This document shows positions 37,901 through 41,927 of a DNA stretch of 41,927 nucleotides, piece by piece. The notes beneath the pieces were generated by a model, which made no database searches, was not told the DNA's origin, and was given only the letters and a program-made list of their open reading frames with translations. Both the position numbers and the translations under genes were made by a program. Source of the stretch: Ionaspis alba (taxonomy: Eukaryota); the NCBI GenBank assembly GCA_964255285.1, contig CAXUUL010000059.1, positions 1-41,927 of the forward strand, read 5' to 3'. The first letter of the stretch is position 1. Every line of letters starts with the position of its first letter.

Positions 37901-38456
37901 TTCTACCTGGTCTGCCACCACCAATCGTGTTCCCTCCGAGGCTGATATCATAAGTTGCCTTTCCACACGTTCTCTATATTTGTATTTTGGTCATGGCTCT
38001 GGAGGGCAATACGTGCGGTCGCGTGCCATCAAGGAACTTGATAGGTGCGCGGTGGCCTTGCTCCTTGGTTGTAGTAGTGCTGCGATGACTGAAGCGGGGG
38101 AGTTTGAAAGTTACGGTGTACCGATGACCTATCTCTGTGCAGGTGCCCCGGCAGTGGTGGGCACTCTATGGGACGTTACGGATAAAGATATCGATCGATT
38201 TTCTTTGAGAGCACTTGAGCGCTGGGGGCTCTTCGAAGCTGCAAGTGAAGCGCAAGGAAGTCCTGTCGAAAGGGCCGCCAGAGGTAGACGGAGAGTTGGT
38301 GAGAAGTTGCGAGGCCTAGAAGAAAGTGGAGACTCTTCAGGGAGAGGAAAGACAGGGCTTGATCAAGCAGTTGCGGAGGGAAGAGAGGCATGTGTTCTCA
38401 AATACTTGAATGGGGCGGCACCAGTTGTGTATGGAATTCCAGTCTTTTTGTCTTGA
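31901..38456 (+). CDS. bimB: Separase (peptidase C50; Esp1/Cut1/BimB), ~2168 aa
   Basis: Exons 31901-35199 and 35249-38456; intron GTGAGT...GCTAAT...CAG; 6507 nt in frame. C50 motifs FPWES, YVLNPAGDL, YFGHGSG (catalytic His), LLGCSS (catalytic Cys) and LWDVTDKDID. Confidence 0.95.
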
Positions 38457-38778
38457 TGGATAGGTTTCATCGTGGGAGCATGGCGTTGGCATTGCGTAGG
38501 AGTTAGATACCCCACACATTGATCGTTGTATATCACTATGAATAGTCTACATAGCTTGATCCAAATTTTGGGTTGTTCATCGCTGAATTGAAAGCCATCT
38601 TGAGGGAACACTCAAATCTCACCAGACCCTACCCGTGCTGAAAAAGGCGAAACCGGACGGTGAGGTTCAAGATGGTTGATTTATTATCAGCTACAAGGTA
38701 CCTGGTATCTATTCGGCCTAAACTCTTCCGTACCGATCCAGCCCTTTGCACTTTCCCCTCGACAGTGCGCTGGTATAA

Positions 38779-40536
38779 ATGCTTAGCGACGACGACACGG
38801 CACAAAAATCCCCTCCCATCTTAACTGTTTACTTTGATATTGCTTCAATATATTCAGGACATCAACGGATGAAGATCGCAAGGAACTTGTTGCAAAGCCG
38901 TCTCACCTACACCGAGCAGCTATTGAAGAATCCCTACAGCGCACAGGTCTATCTGGAAAGGGCGGTCTGCCATGATGAGCTGGGATTTCCAGATCTTGCT
39001 GCCGGAGATGCCTACAAGGCATTACTCTTGCTTGATGAAGCCCAAGATGAGTCCGGAGAATATCATACACAGGCTTTGCAAGCCTTGAACATGAACCCCA
39101 AGAGCGAATCTTGCCACTTAATCATTGACCATGGCAAAGCCACGGAAGATCTATTGGAAGCGGTCGAAACACTTATTCAAAGACTTTGCATAAGGAGCTA
39201 CGAAATGCTAGCTGCCAACCTCGTAAAATGTGGTTGTTTAAGAAGTGCATATGACTTTTGCATGCGTGCATTGTGCATAGACCCGAGCAATGCGAATCTA
39301 ATGGCATCAAGAGCTGCCATCCTCGAGACCCTCAAACGGACGAAGCCGCAAACTAGAGCCGGTTTGGGCGATGCAGACTTTGACCCTAAGCCAGATCTTC
39401 CAGATCTTGGTTCAGTCCGGAGAGAAATCTATCCTTGGAATACGTACGAGCCAGATCGTTTTTCCGCCTCCAGCCTCCACTTCCTTAATGAAGAGATGAG
39501 TAAAGTAGCACCGAGATGCTCTGTCCGTGCAGTTTCACTTCCAGTACTAACTGAGAAGGGGCCGCGTGAAGGTTGCCAGGCCACCGTTAAACAGCTCGGC
39601 ATGTTTGCATCTGAAGACATTCAACCTGGAGAGACTGTCCTTCATGAAAAGAGCATCCTGACTGCAAACAATCGGCTTCACGACCCACTTTGTGATGCAT
39701 GTTCATCAGAGCTCCCGTCAATCTCGTCGAGTCAAGCCCCATTTCGCTGTGATGATTGCGAAGATACCGTTTTTTGTAGCCAGAATTGTCTGGACGATGC
39801 CCGAGCTTATCATCCCGCTGTTTGTGGCAGAGATGTTGACTCGATTGGTAAAGATACAGAACCAAAGGAGGCTGCCGATGCTCTGTATCTTTTACTCTTG
39901 GGTCGAGTAATGGCACTTGCTGAAACCCAACAGTTGCATCCATTGCGGCTGAAGGAGACAAAGTACATCTGGGGAGATTTCATTCACCCAGACATTTCGT
40001 ATCTGCATTCCTCCTCCGCCTCGGCCTTCACCACTGCGCGTCATCTCCCTTTCTCTTTCACCTACAACATCCTTAACCCGCTCCACCTACTTGAAAATAT
40101 GGAGATCGACGTCTTTGCCCAGATGGAACGATACGACCTATGGATTCTAAATACACTATATGCAAAGTTCAGAGGTACTGCCAGCGCAAGACTCAGCACA
40201 AGAGATGGAAGACCAGAAGTTAGTGCTGTTCATCCAATGTGGTGTTTAGCAAATCATACCTGTGCGCCGAACGTGAGGTGGGAATGGGGAGGTGAGATCA
40301 AGTTTCACGCAAGAACAAATGAGGAAGTTGTTCGATGGGGCAAGGAGGAGCGTTCTGCAGGGATCAGGAAAGGAGGCGAGATCTTCAACCATTATTGTGA
40401 TGTCGAGCTCGGCGTGCAAGCTCGACGTGAATGGGCTGTAGGAGCTTTGGGTGGAATGTGCGTTTGTGCACGATGTGTGTGGGAAGCAAAGGACAATGCT
40501 GGAACATCGACCTTAAATATTGATCAGGTTAGGTAG
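38779..40536 (+). CDS. TPR + SET/MYND-like (SMYD-type) lysine methyltransferase
   Basis: N-terminal LGFPDLAAGDAYKALLL helical region, QLGMFASEDIQPGETVL, Cys cluster CDAC...CDDC...FCSQNC...H...C, ANHTCAPNV and post-SET CVCARC. True start may be ATG38869. Confidence 0.85.
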   Translation: MLSDDDTAQKSPPILTVYFDIASIYSGHQRMKIARNLLQSRLTYTEQLLKNPYSAQVYLERAVCHDELGFPDLAAGDAYKALLLLDEAQDESGEYHTQALQALNMNPKSESCHLIIDHGKATEDLLEAVETLIQRLCIRSYEMLAANLVKCGCLRSAYDFCMRALCIDPSNANLMASRAAILETLKRTKPQTRAGLGDADFDPKPDLPDLGSVRREIYPWNTYEPDRFSASSLHFLNEEMSKVAPRCSVRAVSLPVLTEKGPREGCQATVKQLGMFASEDIQPGETVLHEKSILTANNRLHDPLCDACSSELPSISSSQAPFRCDDCEDTVFCSQNCLDDARAYHPAVCGRDVDSIGKDTEPKEAADALYLLLLGRVMALAETQQLHPLRLKETKYIWGDFIHPDISYLHSSSASAFTTARHLPFSFTYNILNPLHLLENMEIDVFAQMERYDLWILNTLYAKFRGTASARLSTRDGRPEVSAVHPMWCLANHTCAPNVRWEWGGEIKFHARTNEEVVRWGKEERSAGIRKGGEIFNHYCDVELGVQARREWAVGALGGMCVCARCVWEAKDNAGTSTLNIDQVR

Positions 40537-40591
40537 AGAATCCACCAGTCGCCCTTCTTGCAATACCCTCTATGTACTGCGTCTCGTGATC

Positions 40592-41535
40592 TTACCACCA
40601 CTTTTCACACAAAATTTGTGATTTGTCCATGCCTTCCTCTTTTCCTAGAATGTCTACAAAGTCATCAGTCATACCAGGAGGTCCACAGATATATACAACG
40701 ACGTGTTTCCTGTCAGCTAGAGGTCCAAGAGTTGATACAATATCTTGGACGGTAAGCTTCGCAGAGTGGAATCCTATTCGCGCAGGCGCCCGTGGTATTG
40801 CAGGTGAATCAGACCCGGCTGGACATTGGGTAAGGAAGACATCACACCGCCGGGTTGGCGAAGCTTCGCTTTCAAAGATAGCGGCCAGACGTGGAAGGAA
40901 TAGAATGCTGTCCGTTGAAGACTGGTGCCGCGTGGTATAGAAGAAATTGAGAGCTGGTGGGAGAGTCCGAGGGCTCTCATACATATGAGATAGAATAGAT
41001 ATCAAGGGGCTATGTAGTCAGTCGTGAGATAGGATTGGATATGATATACATACTTGATTCCCACACCACCTGCTACAAACACAACGTGCTGGATGTTCGC
41101 AGGAGCCAGCCTTGGAGGCGGCCAGACGAAGTCTCCCCCTACTCGTACGTGAAGAATCTCGTTGAGTAATTCTTCCTCAGCTCGCCACAGCCACGCGGCT
41201 GATGGATTTTGAGGTGCATTTTGAATTGCCAGCTCTAAGTACCCGGGTTCCTGCCCCACACGGGCTTTTCTGGGTGTTGATGTGATAGTGAAGCCCCCTG
41301 GCTTTGGCAATCCACGGATATAAACATCCAACCATTGTCCTGGAAGGAACTGGAATCGTTATAGCAGCTCTGAAATTTTGCATTGGATTAGTTTTACCTG
41401 GATTGTTCTCGGTGTGGTCAACCGAATAAGGCGAATGTTGGCATTGACGGTTTCGATCTTTGCAATCTTGACCCTGTGAATCTCGTCTCCTCGCCATTGT
41501 TGGGCTGTGCGGTCTATGTGACTCGATACTTTCAT
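40592..41535 (-). CDS. FNR-family FAD/NAD(P)-binding oxidoreductase (OXNAD1 / cytochrome b5 reductase-like), ~283 aa
   Basis: Exons 41535-41398, 41349-41054, 41009-40592 (852 nt in frame). Motifs FLPGQWLDV, GGFTITSTP, FVAGGVGINPLISI, YICGPP and C-terminal EKWW. Confidence 0.9.
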
Positions 41536-41838
41536 GCTAAAGCTTCTGTAGGTTACAGTTCTCATCCTACAAAGCACAGACACTTGTGAGATAGCCATAC
41601 AACCATACCTCGACTTGCGTATTTCCATATTTGAAGATTTAGGCCGTCTGAACAGGGGAGAAGAGCCGAGCTTTGATGGAAGGTCTGTAGATTATTTTCT
41701 TAGAATTCCAATTTTTGGTTGGAAAATAAGGCTGCAACGAGCGGGTCAGATTGACTGTATGTGTAAAATTGTTCATTCATCATCCTCCCAAAAGGAGGTT
41801 ATATATTTGTAGGGGCTGTCTAGGTGATAAACAGGTTT

Positions 41839-41927
41839 TACAGTAAGATTTGGTTATTATATAATAATAATCAAATAATAAAATATTCGCAATAATATAA
41901 ATTATTATTAATTATTAAAAAAATTCG
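41839..41927. mobile_element. Start of an AT-rich tract, possibly the terminus of a RIP-degraded Tc1/mariner-type element
   Basis: Abrupt shift to almost pure A/T with many TA dinucleotides just after TA|CAGT (41839-41844). Only about 90 nt are visible. Confidence 0.35.

Noticed and set aside
1..41927. CRISPR arrays, prokaryotic defence systems, rRNA, tRNA, snRNA
   Set aside because: The DNA is clearly eukaryotic with spliceosomal introns. I saw no regularly spaced repeats or RNA-gene signatures by eye; tRNAscan-SE or Infernal would be needed to exclude small RNAs.

Overview
Gene-dense, intron-containing chromosome segment of a filamentous ascomycete (Pezizomycotina-type GT...CTRAY...YAG introns of about 45-130 nt). 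I built spliced models by hand for 17 protein-coding genes; every complete model closes in frame. In order: a partial hypothetical gene; a BCAS3-like WD40 protein; a 4-TM membrane protein; a cytochrome b561-domain protein; a small Zn-finger protein; a mitochondrial hot-dog thioesterase; AcrB; a tocopherol-MT-like SAM methyltransferase; a PTH11-like membrane protein; mitochondrial bL31m; a flavin-reductase-domain protein; a myosin regulatory light chain; MesA/Afi1; a DUF5321-like protein; separase; a TPR-SET/MYND protein; and an OXNAD1-like oxidoreductase. I found no rRNA, tRNA or CRISPR. The most striking observation is that the thioesterase active-site motif appears to be assembled from a 9-nt exon and a single-nucleotide exon (G13337). 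An identical 12-bp forkhead-type element precedes both the myosin light chain and separase genes. A poorly conserved stretch (about 19.6-24.1 kb) holds a degenerate ~108-bp tandem duplication and a 41-aa transmembrane micro-ORF. The window ends at an abrupt AT-rich tract starting TA|CAGT, possibly a RIP-mutated Tc1/mariner terminus. Family names come from motif recognition, not database searches.
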